From positions 2,275 through 66,274 of the IMG/VR virus record IMGVR_UViG_3300011114_000356: a DNA stretch of 64,000 nucleotides; one strand, written 5' to 3'. Source of the stretch: a virus. Below are positions 1-9,437 of the stretch, piece by piece. The notes under the pieces were generated by a model. The model searched no databases, was not told the origin of the DNA, and saw only the letters and a program-made list of their open reading frames with translations. Positions within the stretch are counted from its first letter, which is position 1. Every line of letters starts with the position of its first letter. Made by a program: the position numbers and the translations under genes.

Positions 1-10
1 TATATTCTCC

Positions 11-421
11 TTAAACACGACTAATGCCACGAGGATCTTGTACAATCCCTTCGACACTATCATCATTAATTATTCGGAATTCCCTGTTGTGAATTTTCAA
101 GCGTGTGCCTGAATTAGGGCGGGCTAAGATGAAGTCTCCAACCTTGCACCAAGGACCTGACGGAAATCTTGTCTTGTCGTTGTAACAATCTGGACCCATT
201 TTAACTACAAAGAATACTGTAGATAAAACTTCTTCATTTCTCATAGCTTCATTAGATTTAATAAGTCCGCTATCGTATTTTTCTTCAGCTTCTGGGATCG
301 CACATAAGATACGATAACCTGAAACCTCTGGGAGTTGCTTTGCTTTTTCTTCTGCTGTTTGGGGCAGAGATGTTGTTGCGTTTACATCATCGGGGTTTGA
401 GCCGATTAGTATTTCACTCAT
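11..421 (-). CDS. GroES/Cpn10-like co-chaperonin
   Basis: GYRILC..PEAEEKYDSGLI..VVKMGPD..WCKVGDFIL..FRIINDDSVEGIV resembles Cpn10; start MSEILIG at 421 follows a GGAG RBS; lies in the head module. Confidence 0.8.
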   Translation of the reverse strand: MSEILIGSNPDDVNATTSLPQTAEEKAKQLPEVSGYRILCAIPEAEEKYDSGLIKSNEAMRNEEVLSTVFFVVKMGPDCYNDKTRFPSGPWCKVGDFILARPNSGTRLKIHNREFRIINDDSVEGIVQDPRGISRV

Positions 422-602
422 CTGAGTTCTCCATATTTTTTTGAAGGTCTTGTATGTATCTTCGTGTAGAAAGTAGACCTGATATCTTTCCACATATATT
501 TTGGTATTCAGCATAGTCTTTGGCCATGCCAGTACCTAAATGTTCTTCTAAGTTTCTTACCTGTACATCTATTTCTCTTAATATAACTTCGTATTCATTC
601 AT
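414..602 (-). CDS. small conserved head-module protein
   Basis: Overlaps portal stop and GroES start; LGTGMAKDYAEYQNICGKISGL. Confidence 0.7.
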   Translation of the reverse strand: MNEYEVILREIDVQVRNLEEHLGTGMAKDYAEYQNICGKISGLLSTRRYIQDLQKNMENSDE

Positions 603-3091
603 TTAGTTTCCTTGTTTGAAGGTTGTTGTTTTTGTTTTGATTGCGATGCCATTTGGGCTTTTGCTTTACCAATTTCAGAACCCATCTTAAAGCCTTCTAT
701 TTTTTCTTTGGAAGCAATTTGTGCTTTATCAGATTGTGCTTTTACTGTAGCTTGCATACCAGCAATTTCTTTTTGGGCTGCAATACGAGCTTCTTCAACA
801 CGGATTTGATCAGCTTTAGCTGCTGCTTCAATTTGCATTTTCTTCATCTTGATCTCAACTTCTTGAGCTTTTAATTGAAGTTCTTTCATTTGCATTTGAA
901 CGATTGGGTCTTGAGCTGCTTGTTGAGCATTACGTGCTGCAACTTCAGTCTGATTTTGATTGAGTAAGTTTTGTGCTGCTGGAACTGCCATACGAGCAAT
1001 TTGCATTTCTTGTTCTGGTGATAATTTAGTTGATTCATCATCAGCATCAAGATCGTTGTATGGAATATTAATACCCATTTGTTGTTCCATTTGACGTTTA
1101 TACTCCATACCAATGTGTTCTGTGATATGAGCTTGTAATGCTTGTGCAATCATAGGAGCTTGTGGGTTTTGACCAATCGTTTCTCTCACTTTTGGATCGT
1201 TTAATAGTGCTAAATGAATCGCAATATGAGATTGATGGTCCTGATACATGAAAGCTTTTAAAGGTTTGTTCTTTAATGCATTCATATTCTCTGTCACAGG
1301 GTCTAATGGCTTCTCATCTTCAGGTAACGGTACCAATTTTTCAGCATTTTTGATGCCTAATACCTCTAACATCTGACGATGTAAGTATGGTAGGTTGTAA
1401 AGTTGAGGAGCTGTTTGTGAAAGTTGTAAAACTGCTTGGTATTGCACCACTTTTTGTGACATTGTGGCTGCATTTGGGTCAGAAACAGGGATAATGTTGA
1501 CCATTTCGTAGTCTTTTCTACGAGCTTTACGGTCACCTGTGACTGGTTGGTATGAATAATCAGCTGGAGCGTAGCTTGCAATGATCTTTTTGAGTAATTT
1601 GAACTCATTTTTCATTGAAAAGTGCATACGAGCTTGAATTGCACTCATCACTTTGAGTGTTCTTTCTAAAATAGCCAGTGTTGTGCCTACTGGTGAGTTA
1701 GCAGACATATCTGCAACCTTCAAATCACCAGCTGCAGCAAACCTTCTACCTTCATCAATGATCTGATTGAGTAGTTGAATGAGTGTTTGTGATGGTTCTT
1801 TGTAAGGTAATGGCATGATGTTGTCTTTCATCGTGCCAGAAGGTACGTCTACATCTCTAAATTCGCCTGGAGCAATCGGTGTATCATCACCTTTTACACG
1901 TAAACCACGAGTTTTGAATCCACCTGGAAGGTTAGCAAGGGAACCAGCATCTACTAATTGACGTAATATGGATGTACCAGATTTAGCAAACCCTCCGATT
2001 AAGTGGATTAAACCAAAAGCATAGAATCCAAAACCTGGAATGTATGGATAATGAACAAAGTGTTGACGTTTTTGGAATGTTTCATCATCTGGTTCCCAGT
2101 TACGTCTTACTGCTAATACTTGCATACTGCCGTATTCAATCGTTACAATGTAAGGAAGTTTAAGACCAGTCTTATTACCTTTTTCATCTTCATGTTCAAA
2201 ACCAGGCAAGTCTAAATCAACTTGCATTTCAATAAGTTTATATCTTGAATCAGTTGTTGCACGGAAGCCTAACTTCTCTGCAATCTTCTTCTCAACTTCA
2301 TCTAATGTATTTTGTGGTGCACCTAATTCAACATCACGATAGAAGCCATCAAGTTGTAATCTTAATAATTCATTTTCTGTTTTACGCATGACGTGAGATA
2401 CACGCTCTGCAGTTTCTAAATTAGAAGCACCATAAGGTACAACTAAATCTTCTGAAGGTACATAAATAGATACTTGACGATCAAGACCTGGATCTACATA
2501 AACCTTTTTAAAACCGTTACCAGATAATGCTGTGCCCCATAACATACGTTCATGTTCTGAACGATATTCAGTCATGCGTTCTGTTAATTCATAGTTCATG
2601 TCATCAACGACACGCTCCATTGCATCTTTTTTATCTTGTGTTTCTTTACCAATAATCTCGCCCTTCACAGGACCAGCTGCTGGGAAAGTATCCATGATTG
2701 TTTCTGATTGGAATTTAGTAACCGCTTCAGCTAGGATAGGGTGATAGACTCCACACGCACCATCCCATGGTTCTGAACGTTCTTCAATCTTTAAGCCTAG
2801 AAGTTCTAAACCATCGACATAAGTTTGAATCCAGTCTTTACGAGAAGCTACGTCTCCATCAAAATCACCAATTAAATCACCTGCTAAAAGATTTAAAGTG
2901 CCAGCATCTAACTCTTCTGCTAAGTTTTTATTAAACTCTTCATTGTCTTCCGCTTTTTCAAGATCAATTTCCATATCACCTATACCAATATGTACAGATT
3001 CTGGATCTTCAATTTCAATTTCTATTGGGGGAGCTTGCTCGATTGCTGCAAGACCTTGAGGTGCTTCGTATAGTGCTTTGTCGATTGCCAT
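599..3091 (-). CDS. portal protein
   Basis: 830 aa directly downstream of TerL; long Q/A-rich C-terminal coiled coil as in podovirus portals. Confidence 0.85.
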   Translation of the reverse strand: MAIDKALYEAPQGLAAIEQAPPIEIEIEDPESVHIGIGDMEIDLEKAEDNEEFNKNLAEELDAGTLNLLAGDLIGDFDGDVASRKDWIQTYVDGLELLGLKIEERSEPWDGACGVYHPILAEAVTKFQSETIMDTFPAAGPVKGEIIGKETQDKKDAMERVVDDMNYELTERMTEYRSEHERMLWGTALSGNGFKKVYVDPGLDRQVSIYVPSEDLVVPYGASNLETAERVSHVMRKTENELLRLQLDGFYRDVELGAPQNTLDEVEKKIAEKLGFRATTDSRYKLIEMQVDLDLPGFEHEDEKGNKTGLKLPYIVTIEYGSMQVLAVRRNWEPDDETFQKRQHFVHYPYIPGFGFYAFGLIHLIGGFAKSGTSILRQLVDAGSLANLPGGFKTRGLRVKGDDTPIAPGEFRDVDVPSGTMKDNIMPLPYKEPSQTLIQLLNQIIDEGRRFAAAGDLKVADMSANSPVGTTLAILERTLKVMSAIQARMHFSMKNEFKLLKKIIASYAPADYSYQPVTGDRKARRKDYEMVNIIPVSDPNAATMSQKVVQYQAVLQLSQTAPQLYNLPYLHRQMLEVLGIKNAEKLVPLPEDEKPLDPVTENMNALKNKPLKAFMYQDHQSHIAIHLALLNDPKVRETIGQNPQAPMIAQALQAHITEHIGMEYKRQMEQQMGINIPYNDLDADDESTKLSPEQEMQIARMAVPAAQNLLNQNQTEVAARNAQQAAQDPIVQMQMKELQLKAQEVEIKMKKMQIEAAAKADQIRVEEARIAAQKEIAGMQATVKAQSDKAQIASKEKIEGFKMGSEIGKAKAQMASQSKQKQQPSNKETK

Positions 3092-3100
3092 AATTTTTCC

Positions 3101-4612
3101 TTAGTAATATGCTACTTTGCGTCTAAATTCTCTTGGTTCATCTGGTTCGTCTGTAGGAAGATTAACGAATCCTCCTTTTCTAAACCGAATAAGAGCTTGG
3201 GTTGAAGAGTCCACTAAGTCATCGTGGTCTGAATTGGGAAAGGCAGCCATCTCTTCTATGACTTCTTCGGCCCACCTTTTGCGTGGTGCCCATACCTTGC
3301 CAGAAGCGAATAAATCTGTTACAGAGTTTAATCTGCTTATTTTATCGTTTCCTCGTGTTGGTGTAAACTCCTGAACGGGTATTCCCATCCTTCTTAATTC
3401 AAAGACTAACGGGGCTCCAGAGGCTTTTGCTTCCACAATAAAGGCATCTGGTTGCCATTCTTGGTAGTATTCCATTGCTCTTGCCTTAAGTTCTGGAAAT
3501 TCCATACGCTCTTTAAAAGCATCAAGAAGAATAATATTGGGATCCATTTCATTTTCATCTTTGTAAAATACTCCCCAAGTTGTACACGCTGAATAGTCGG
3601 CACGTTCTGACTTTGTAAAAGCAGTATCCCATGATTGAATAATGAATTGACATGGTGGTGGATACTCTGCTTCCCACTCTTGCCACCATTCACGCTTAAC
3701 TAAAGCACCTTCTTCAGATGTTGGATTTTGTTGATACTGTGCTGACCATTTAGATAATGGAAGTTCAGTTCTTAATTTGCTTAATTCATCATAAGACCAA
3801 AACTCTGGCCATAAAGGTTTTTCACTTGGCAGGATTGCTGGAAGTTCAATAATCTCCCATTCATCGCCATCACGATCTGTCATGGATTGTAAGATCTTTC
3901 CAGTCAAGTCTCGTTTAGCCCAACGAGTCATCACGACTACAATAGAGCCTCCAGGTTGTAAACGTTGACGAGGACCAGATGTATACCACTCGTATACTTT
4001 ATCGAATACGGATGGGTCTCCAGCAGCTAACGCTGCTTCTTGTTCTGAATGCGGGTCGTCAATGATGAGAAGGTCAGCTCCTTTACCAGTGACAGTACCA
4101 CCCACACCAATAGCAAAGTACTCACCATTAGCATTAGTACTCCAACGACCAGCAGCTTTAGAGTCAGAACGAAGGGCGACATTTGGGAAAACTTTAGCAT
4201 ATGCCTCTGAGTCTACCAGATTTCTGACCTTTCGTCCAAACCCAACTGCAAGTTCAGCTGTATTAGAACACTGGATAATCTTCTTGCCTGGAAACTTACC
4301 TAAGAACCAAGCGGGTAACATAAATGAGGCAAACTCTGACTTTGTATGTCGAGGAGGCATATTGATGATTAATCGCTTAGTCTTGCCTTCTGCAATCTCT
4401 TCAAACTTCTTTGCCATTAAAGCATGGTGGCGGCCATCAATAAACCCTGGCCACATAGTATGGACAAAAGCTAGAAAGTCATCTTGACCTTTTTCTCTAG
4501 TTAAAGCATTGTCATACTCTGCAGCTGACTCCAATATACGAGACTGCTCATCTTCAGAGAGCATATTAATGAGCTGAAGAATCTTTTCGTCTTCTGTCAT
4601 CTCTTTACTCAA
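3101..4612 (-). CDS. terL: terminase large subunit
   Basis: Walker A variant MPPRHTKS, Walker B LLIIDD, VMTRW coupling motif, RNase H-like SWDTAF and HDDLVD. Confidence 0.95.
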   Translation of the reverse strand: MSKEMTEDEKILQLINMLSEDEQSRILESAAEYDNALTREKGQDDFLAFVHTMWPGFIDGRHHALMAKKFEEIAEGKTKRLIINMPPRHTKSEFASFMLPAWFLGKFPGKKIIQCSNTAELAVGFGRKVRNLVDSEAYAKVFPNVALRSDSKAAGRWSTNANGEYFAIGVGGTVTGKGADLLIIDDPHSEQEAALAAGDPSVFDKVYEWYTSGPRQRLQPGGSIVVVMTRWAKRDLTGKILQSMTDRDGDEWEIIELPAILPSEKPLWPEFWSYDELSKLRTELPLSKWSAQYQQNPTSEEGALVKREWWQEWEAEYPPPCQFIIQSWDTAFTKSERADYSACTTWGVFYKDENEMDPNIILLDAFKERMEFPELKARAMEYYQEWQPDAFIVEAKASGAPLVFELRRMGIPVQEFTPTRGNDKISRLNSVTDLFASGKVWAPRKRWAEEVIEEMAAFPNSDHDDLVDSSTQALIRFRKGGFVNLPTDEPDEPREFRRKVAYY

Positions 4613-4829
4613 GATTACGCACCCTTAATCCTGCAGGTCGGATAGATCTAGCTCTACCTTTGACTCCTTTGCATACCCCGATCTCGATAAGTATCTGCAT
4701 CTTCCTTGCAACATTTCCTCTACCTTTTTCGCCAGTAAGACGCATGACATCATCAATAGTAGGACCAAAGCCGTAGAGTTTCCAAAACTCGTCTACGATT
4801 AAGAATATCTCTTTTTGTGCTGGGGTCAT
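4605..4829 (-). CDS. LexA-type winged-helix DNA-binding protein (DNA-binding domain only)
   Basis: MTPAQKEIF..GFGPTIDDV..NVARKMQILIEIG..GRARSIR matches the LexA N-terminal pattern; no protease domain. Confidence 0.7.
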   Translation of the reverse strand: MTPAQKEIFLIVDEFWKLYGFGPTIDDVMRLTGEKGRGNVARKMQILIEIGVCKGVKGRARSIRPAGLRVRNLE

Positions 4830-5053
4830 ACTTTAAAGTCATCCTCAGTCAATATAGGTTGATCCTTAGTCGCATCATTTAGCATCATCTCTAATACGGT
4901 TACAATCTCTTCTGGACTACTTGCCATAATCTCTTCATGTTCTGAATAGGCCATTAATGTCCCATCCTTCTCATAAAATACTTCTGTTAAGACATAAAAG
5001 TCTTCCTCCATATGAGGATCATACTTTTTCATGATTCTGTAGTTCCAGCTCAT
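4826..5053 (-). CDS. hypothetical phage protein
   Basis: MSWNYRI..EVFYEKDG; translationally coupled (ATGA overlap). Confidence 0.7.
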   Translation of the reverse strand: MSWNYRIMKKYDPHMEEDFYVLTEVFYEKDGTLMAYSEHEEIMASSPEEIVTVLEMMLNDATKDQPILTEDDFKV

Positions 5054-5277
5054 TTAGTATCTCCTTTAGCTGCCTTCCAAGCTTCCCACATCTTTTCATC
5101 GTCATATTTTAAGTGACACATATGGGGACTTTGGCAGAAGACTCGTTCATACCAAAACTTAAACTCTGGACTGTAGTCTAGTTTGTTTTGCTTAAATCCA
5201 TTATTATGTAAAATCTCCACATACTTCTTTACCACTTCACCTGTGGATTTGTCTAATTCATATTCGTAGTCGTTCAT
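5050..5277 (-). CDS. hypothetical protein
   Basis: Coupled ORF ending MWEAWKAAKG. Confidence 0.6.
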   Translation of the reverse strand: MNDYEYELDKSTGEVVKKYVEILHNNGFKQNKLDYSPEFKFWYERVFCQSPHMCHLKYDDEKMWEAWKAAKGDTK

Positions 5278-5495
5278 GCAAACCTCTTAGTCGCTGCCCA
5301 TAATCCATAGGCAAAAACAATCCATAGGGATATAAGTAAAGCCATTACAAAATCTTCCCGCCCCGCCACATTCTTGAGATCAGTCCATATTATGTAAAAT
5401 CCATATATGGATGTAATAGCATAGATAAAGAACCATAGAGACCAGGTAAGGTGAACATATAGCATAGACACGTCTATCCTCATACTTCTGTCCAT
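5274..5495 (-). CDS. small membrane protein (2 TM)
   Basis: Two hydrophobic stretches; overlaps neighbours. Confidence 0.55.
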   Translation of the reverse strand: MDRSMRIDVSMLYVHLTWSLWFFIYAITSIYGFYIIWTDLKNVAGREDFVMALLISLWIVFAYGLWAATKRFA

Positions 5496-6397
5496 TTTGC
5501 ATCTGGTATAGGATCTAGGGCGGTATGGGACCCAATTTCTATAGGGGGGGTGTCTCTAATAACATCCTTAGGTTCGGTATTATGTAAAATTGATACCCCC
5601 TCCCCCTCTTGATTCTCGTTTGATAAGGGGGGTGTTTCCATGTCGGAGAGCGAAAGCTTCTGGTTGAGAATACGTTTGTTGAAGTCCGTGGATTGATTGT
5701 GTGGAATACTATGCGTAGGTGCAGCCTCCAAAAAATCTGCATTTTGGGGGGTCGGAGTGGGTGGGGTCTCGGCTTGGTCGTTTTCGTTCATCTCGGAATC
5801 GGTCGGCAAAATGGTTGGCTCGTGGTCTATTGTCTCGCCTGTTATCTCTTTTAATAGGCTTTCAGCGTCCCTTTTCTTATCTGTGCTAATGCTTCGGCTT
5901 GTGGCTATGGCTTGGGCTAATGTCTTTAATAGTTTAGTCTTGGCTTCTGTCGTGTTGTCCGTCTTAATGATCTCTTTACGCTCTGTGAATAGGCTTACTT
6001 CTGTCATCTTGCCTATCAATTCTAAGGCTTTTACTTGAACACTAGGCGGAACTTTATCGTCTAGGGCTTTCTCGGTGAGTTTTTGTATGGCTAAGCTTCT
6101 TAAATGAGCGGGGAAAAGATATTTTTGGGCTTCTATTGATACCTTAACCGCCTCTATCATTGTGTTAATGTGAGGGTTTTTCATAAGCTTTTGGGCTTCG
6201 GTGGCTTGGGTTGTGGGTTTGGCTTCTGTGTCGTAGGCTTCTCGATACGCTTGGGCTTTTGGCTTCCCCATCGCTACAGCTTCGGCAAAGTCTTTTTGCT
6301 TCTTGGTCAATGTCTTGGGCTGTCCCATAAGTAAGGTGTCTATTGGAAACTGCTCAAGCCCTTCTTTGATTTGCTTCCGTGTTAATTTAATTGTCAT
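5480..6397 (-). CDS. terS: terminase small subunit
   Basis: LTKKQKDFAEAVAMGKPKAQAYREAY HTH and KALELIGK motifs; upstream of terL; disordered Pro-rich C-terminus. Confidence 0.75.
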   Translation of the reverse strand: MTIKLTRKQIKEGLEQFPIDTLLMGQPKTLTKKQKDFAEAVAMGKPKAQAYREAYDTEAKPTTQATEAQKLMKNPHINTMIEAVKVSIEAQKYLFPAHLRSLAIQKLTEKALDDKVPPSVQVKALELIGKMTEVSLFTERKEIIKTDNTTEAKTKLLKTLAQAIATSRSISTDKKRDAESLLKEITGETIDHEPTILPTDSEMNENDQAETPPTPTPQNADFLEAAPTHSIPHNQSTDFNKRILNQKLSLSDMETPPLSNENQEGEGVSILHNTEPKDVIRDTPPIEIGSHTALDPIPDAKWTEV

Positions 6398-6427
6398 AGG
6401 TATTTAATAGGAATATCTAAAAAGGTC

Positions 6428-6456
6428 ATTATAAAGGACAATTTTACATAATACAA
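6428..6456 (-). promoter_or_regulatory. sigma70 promoter for terS operon
   Basis: TTGTAT-17-TATAAT on the minus strand. Confidence 0.65.
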
Positions 6457-6657
6457 GAAAAAGGACGCACAGAATCGAACCATAACGAACGATCTCATAT
6501 CGGTTAAGGGTAAGGTATAGGCATTAATTGATCTCTTTACTATATCGCTTCTTATACTATCTATAAGGAAAAGGGCATATCTTGGGCTGTTTGGCTTCGC
6601 CTCTTGTGGCTATTCTTTAGGGGTGTTTTATCAGTCGTAAATAATTGCTTAAATAGT

Positions 6658-6686
6658 TTGCATTCTATTAAAAGCTTCGGCATAAT
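6658..6686 (+). promoter_or_regulatory. sigma70 early promoter
   Basis: TTGCAT (6658) -17- CATAAT (6681), followed by hairpin 6695-6715 and RBS GAAAGGG. Confidence 0.7.
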
Positions 6687-6736
6687 CTCTTTTAAGAGGT
6701 TAATTGTTAATCTCTATTAATTGAAAGGGCTTAACC

Positions 6737-6907
6737 ATGAGTAAATATGAAAAGGCTTTAAAGGTAAAAAATAAGTTATGGCTTAATCTTAAAACTAAGG
6801 ATAACAAGTCTAGTTATGAATCTATCCTAATTAATAGGCTTTATAGGTTAGATGTCTTATGTAATAAATTAGCATTTTCTAATTTAAAAGGGGTTAATCA
6901 TGGATAA
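6737..6907 (+). CDS. early hypothetical protein (56 aa, not in ORF track)
   Basis: RBS GAAAGGG; MSKYEKALKVKNKLW.. Confidence 0.55.
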   Translation: MSKYEKALKVKNKLWLNLKTKDNKSSYESILINRLYRLDVLCNKLAFSNLKGVNHG

Positions 6908-7055
6908 ACAGTCAATTTTAAAATATGAATGGATTCTTAATACTTTGGACAAAATGCACAATAAAGAGGTGAAAGCGGAAACCATACAAGCGGTTTTTAA
7001 TATCCCTCTTACTGATGCTAGGGACATTTTAAGACAATATAAGGAGGGCAAATAA
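6900..7055 (+). CDS. early hypothetical protein (51 aa, not in ORF track)
   Basis: RBS AAAAGGGG; MDKQSILKYEW..; TAATG coupling to next gene. Confidence 0.6.
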   Translation: MDKQSILKYEWILNTLDKMHNKEVKAETIQAVFNIPLTDARDILRQYKEGK

Positions 7056-7222
7056 TGAACTATAACGTTATAGCTAGGGGTATTCAATTCTGCCTTATGT
7101 CAATCATTGGACTAATTTGCATCGGCTTTCTTGGACAAGCTTTAATTGGCGGTCTTTGCTTCGCTGTGGCTTTTCTTTATCTTTGGTTAGCATTTGAGGA
7201 GGCGGAACAAAATGAAGTCTAG
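7055..7222 (+). CDS. early small membrane protein (55 aa, not in ORF track)
   Basis: RBS AAGGAGG; two hydrophobic helices. Confidence 0.6.
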   Translation: MNYNVIARGIQFCLMSIIGLICIGFLGQALIGGLCFAVAFLYLWLAFEEAEQNEV

Positions 7223-7312
7223 AAAATACACTAAAGACGGCTTTCTTTTTATGGTCGTTATATATTTAGCGGTTATCTTTTTAACTTATTTATTATGCAT
7301 AGGGGCTTAATC

Positions 7313-7642
7313 ATGAGAGAACTTGAAAAACATTTGAGAGAAAATTACACACACAACGAACTTGCGGACTGTGCTAGGTATGGCTGTCAAGGTGGTTTCG
7401 GTGATTTTATTTATTATTCAGACACGATTCGATACTTTGAACAATTTAAAGAGGATTGTTTTGAAATCATTGATGAATATAACAGCGTTATGGGGGAAAG
7501 TGGCTTCCCTCGTTATATTAATGACAATATGGAAACTTACACAAATTTTGCGAACTCTGTTATATGGTTTGCGGTTGAGTGGGTCGCATATCAGATCACA
7601 CAAGGGGAATATATAAGAGAAGAGGAAGAAGAGACCGCTTAA
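7313..7642 (+). CDS. acidic early phage protein
   Basis: RBS AGGGG before MRELEK; GCQGGFGDFIYYSDT..VIWFAVEWVA; acidic tail EEEEETA. Confidence 0.75.
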   Translation: MRELEKHLRENYTHNELADCARYGCQGGFGDFIYYSDTIRYFEQFKEDCFEIIDEYNSVMGESGFPRYINDNMETYTNFANSVIWFAVEWVAYQITQGEYIREEEEETA

Positions 7643-7693
7643 AATTATCTTTTAAAGCCTTAGAAATAGGGCTTTAAAGGGCTAATTTTAGCC
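7640..7693 (+). promoter_or_regulatory. intergenic long hairpin plus alternative short hairpin (copy A)
   Basis: ~23-bp stem with single bulge C7682, GAAA loop; 3' arm refolds as GGCTA..TAGCC. Confidence 0.75.
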
Positions 7694-7713
7694 GATTAAT
7701 AGAAAGGTTAATT

Positions 7714-8265
7714 ATGGAAAACATAGTAGAAAGTTTGTCTTATAAGGGCTTTAACATTCAAATTTATCAAGATCACGAACCTTTTAGCCCTCGTGAGTGG
7801 GATAACCGCTCTAAAATGGTCTGCTTTCATGGTCGCTATACTTTGGGCGATAAGCACGAATTCGAAAGCCCTCAATCGTTTGAGGAATTTTTGACTGCGA
7901 ATAAGGCTAATTTATTCATTCTGCCTCTTTATTTATACGATCATGGAGGCATCACAATCAGCACGACACCTTTTCATTGTCCCTTTGATAGCGGACAAGT
8001 CGGTTTTATATACATCACAAAACAAAAAGCACGAGATGAGGGCATTCAAGACCCTTTCAAAGCTATGCGTCAAGAAGTCGAGACATATAACGATTATCTC
8101 GTTGGGAACTGCTACGGATATTCTATATATGATGAACAGGGCGAATTTTTGGACTCATGCGGAGGCTATCTTGGTCATTCTAATTTCTGCTTGGAGGAAG
8201 CAAAATCACAAGCGGACTATTTAGACCGCACACTGCCTAAACAATACGCTTTAGCCTTTGCATAG
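7714..8265 (+). CDS. conserved early phage protein
   Basis: PREWDN..LPLYLYDHGG..FDSGQVGFIY..DSCGGY; RBS GAAAGG. Confidence 0.8.
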   Translation: MENIVESLSYKGFNIQIYQDHEPFSPREWDNRSKMVCFHGRYTLGDKHEFESPQSFEEFLTANKANLFILPLYLYDHGGITISTTPFHCPFDSGQVGFIYITKQKARDEGIQDPFKAMRQEVETYNDYLVGNCYGYSIYDEQGEFLDSCGGYLGHSNFCLEEAKSQADYLDRTLPKQYALAFA

Positions 8266-8312
8266 TGTTATCTTTAAGCCCTTATTTGAGGGCTTAAGGG
8301 CTAACATTAGCC
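8263..8312 (+). promoter_or_regulatory. intergenic long hairpin plus alternative short hairpin (copy B)
   Basis: ~21-bp stem with bulge C8301; 3' arm refolds as GGCTAA..TTAGCC. Confidence 0.75.
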
Positions 8313-8329
8313 ATTTTTGAGGGGACATT

Positions 8330-8530
8330 ATGAAATACTTTGTATTTGACAATGAGGGAGGCAATTTCTGCGAGTGGGGAAGAGATGAACCACGAACAAG
8401 GGCGGAAATTATCGACTATTTTAGGGAACTCAATCAAGATGAATCATGCGAACCTTATCCGTTAAAGCTTTATAGTCTCAAAATGATAATGGATATATGG
8501 AATGTTGATATTATTCCTATCAAGCCGTAG
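8330..8530 (+). CDS. early hypothetical protein
   Basis: RBS TGAGGGG. Confidence 0.65.
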   Translation: MKYFVFDNEGGNFCEWGRDEPRTRAEIIDYFRELNQDESCEPYPLKLYSLKMIMDIWNVDIIPIKP

Positions 8531-8743
8531 GGCGAGGAATGAATTTTATAGACTGCGAATGAGGCTTATTTTTTAAGGAGGCAATATGAAAGCAGATTAT
8601 GACAAAATCAAGGCTAATAATTTCTTTAGATACAATTATTATCAATGGGCTACACCTAGAACAGAGTTAGAGGCTAAACGCTTCGCTTTGGTCAAGGCTT
8701 GGCGGAAAATTAATCGTGAAGTTAAACAAAACAAGGAGGCTGT

Positions 8744-8953
8744 ATGAATTTATTTACAGAAATAGAAAGAATTACACGAGAGTTATACAAAGAAGAGAAA
8801 GACACGCTTTCGTTAGGCAATTATTCTGTATGGGTGGGTGGTTGTGAGGAACATAGTTATTTGAACTATCATCAAGCCATATCATTAAAGAAAGAATACT
8901 TGGAGGACGGATACGATGATGTTGAGATTGATACTTATGAGGAGACAAAATGA
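8744..8953 (+). CDS. early acidic hypothetical protein
   Basis: RBS AAGGAGG; YSVWVGGCE..GYDDVEI. Confidence 0.7.
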   Translation: MNLFTEIERITRELYKEEKDTLSLGNYSVWVGGCEEHSYLNYHQAISLKKEYLEDGYDDVEIDTYEETK

Positions 8954-9125
8954 GCAATCACAAGGCAATTTTAGCTTTAGTAAAAAACTATTGTATTACC
9001 GCTTCAAAAGACGCTAGTGATACTTTAGATGAGGGAAACTTAACAGACGGAAGCGAGGGCATTTACGAGGGTAGATATGAACTAGCTGAAAGTTTATTAG
9101 AACAAATTAAAACATGGGAGGCACA

Positions 9126-9437
9126 ATGACATACTTAAAAGAGGAAGATGTAGATAAGTTTAAAGACTTTATAGCAAGTTATGTTGGTATAGAGTTATTT
9201 GGTGAAGATGACTTTACGCTTGATAAGGCAGAGGTAAGTGATTGGGGAACCCAAGCCTATGAAGAAGAAGACGGAAGAGATGACTTATATAGTTGGATAA
9301 ACATTGATTTTGAATTTTCTAGTAGTTGTCATAATGAGGATAGTTGGTGGCGAATAACCAAAGGTTGCCCTAGAGGTTTTTATGGAGAAGATTTTGATAA
9401 ATTTTATGAAAGGATAAATAATGGGACAGTATCATAA
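9126..9437 (+). CDS. early acidic hypothetical protein
   Basis: RBS GGGAGG before MTYLKEE; D/E-rich. Confidence 0.65.
   Translation: MTYLKEEDVDKFKDFIASYVGIELFGEDDFTLDKAEVSDWGTQAYEEEDGRDDLYSWINIDFEFSSSCHNEDSWWRITKGCPRGFYGEDFDKFYERINNGTVS

Larger units (their letters stand above)
5202..6454. repeat. TATTATGTAAAAT motif: three direct copies plus one inverted copy
   Basis: Copies at 5202-5214, 5388-5400, 5578-5590 (+); 16-bp GTATTATGTAAAATTG at 5577-5592 is exactly inverted at 6439-6454. Confidence 0.85.
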
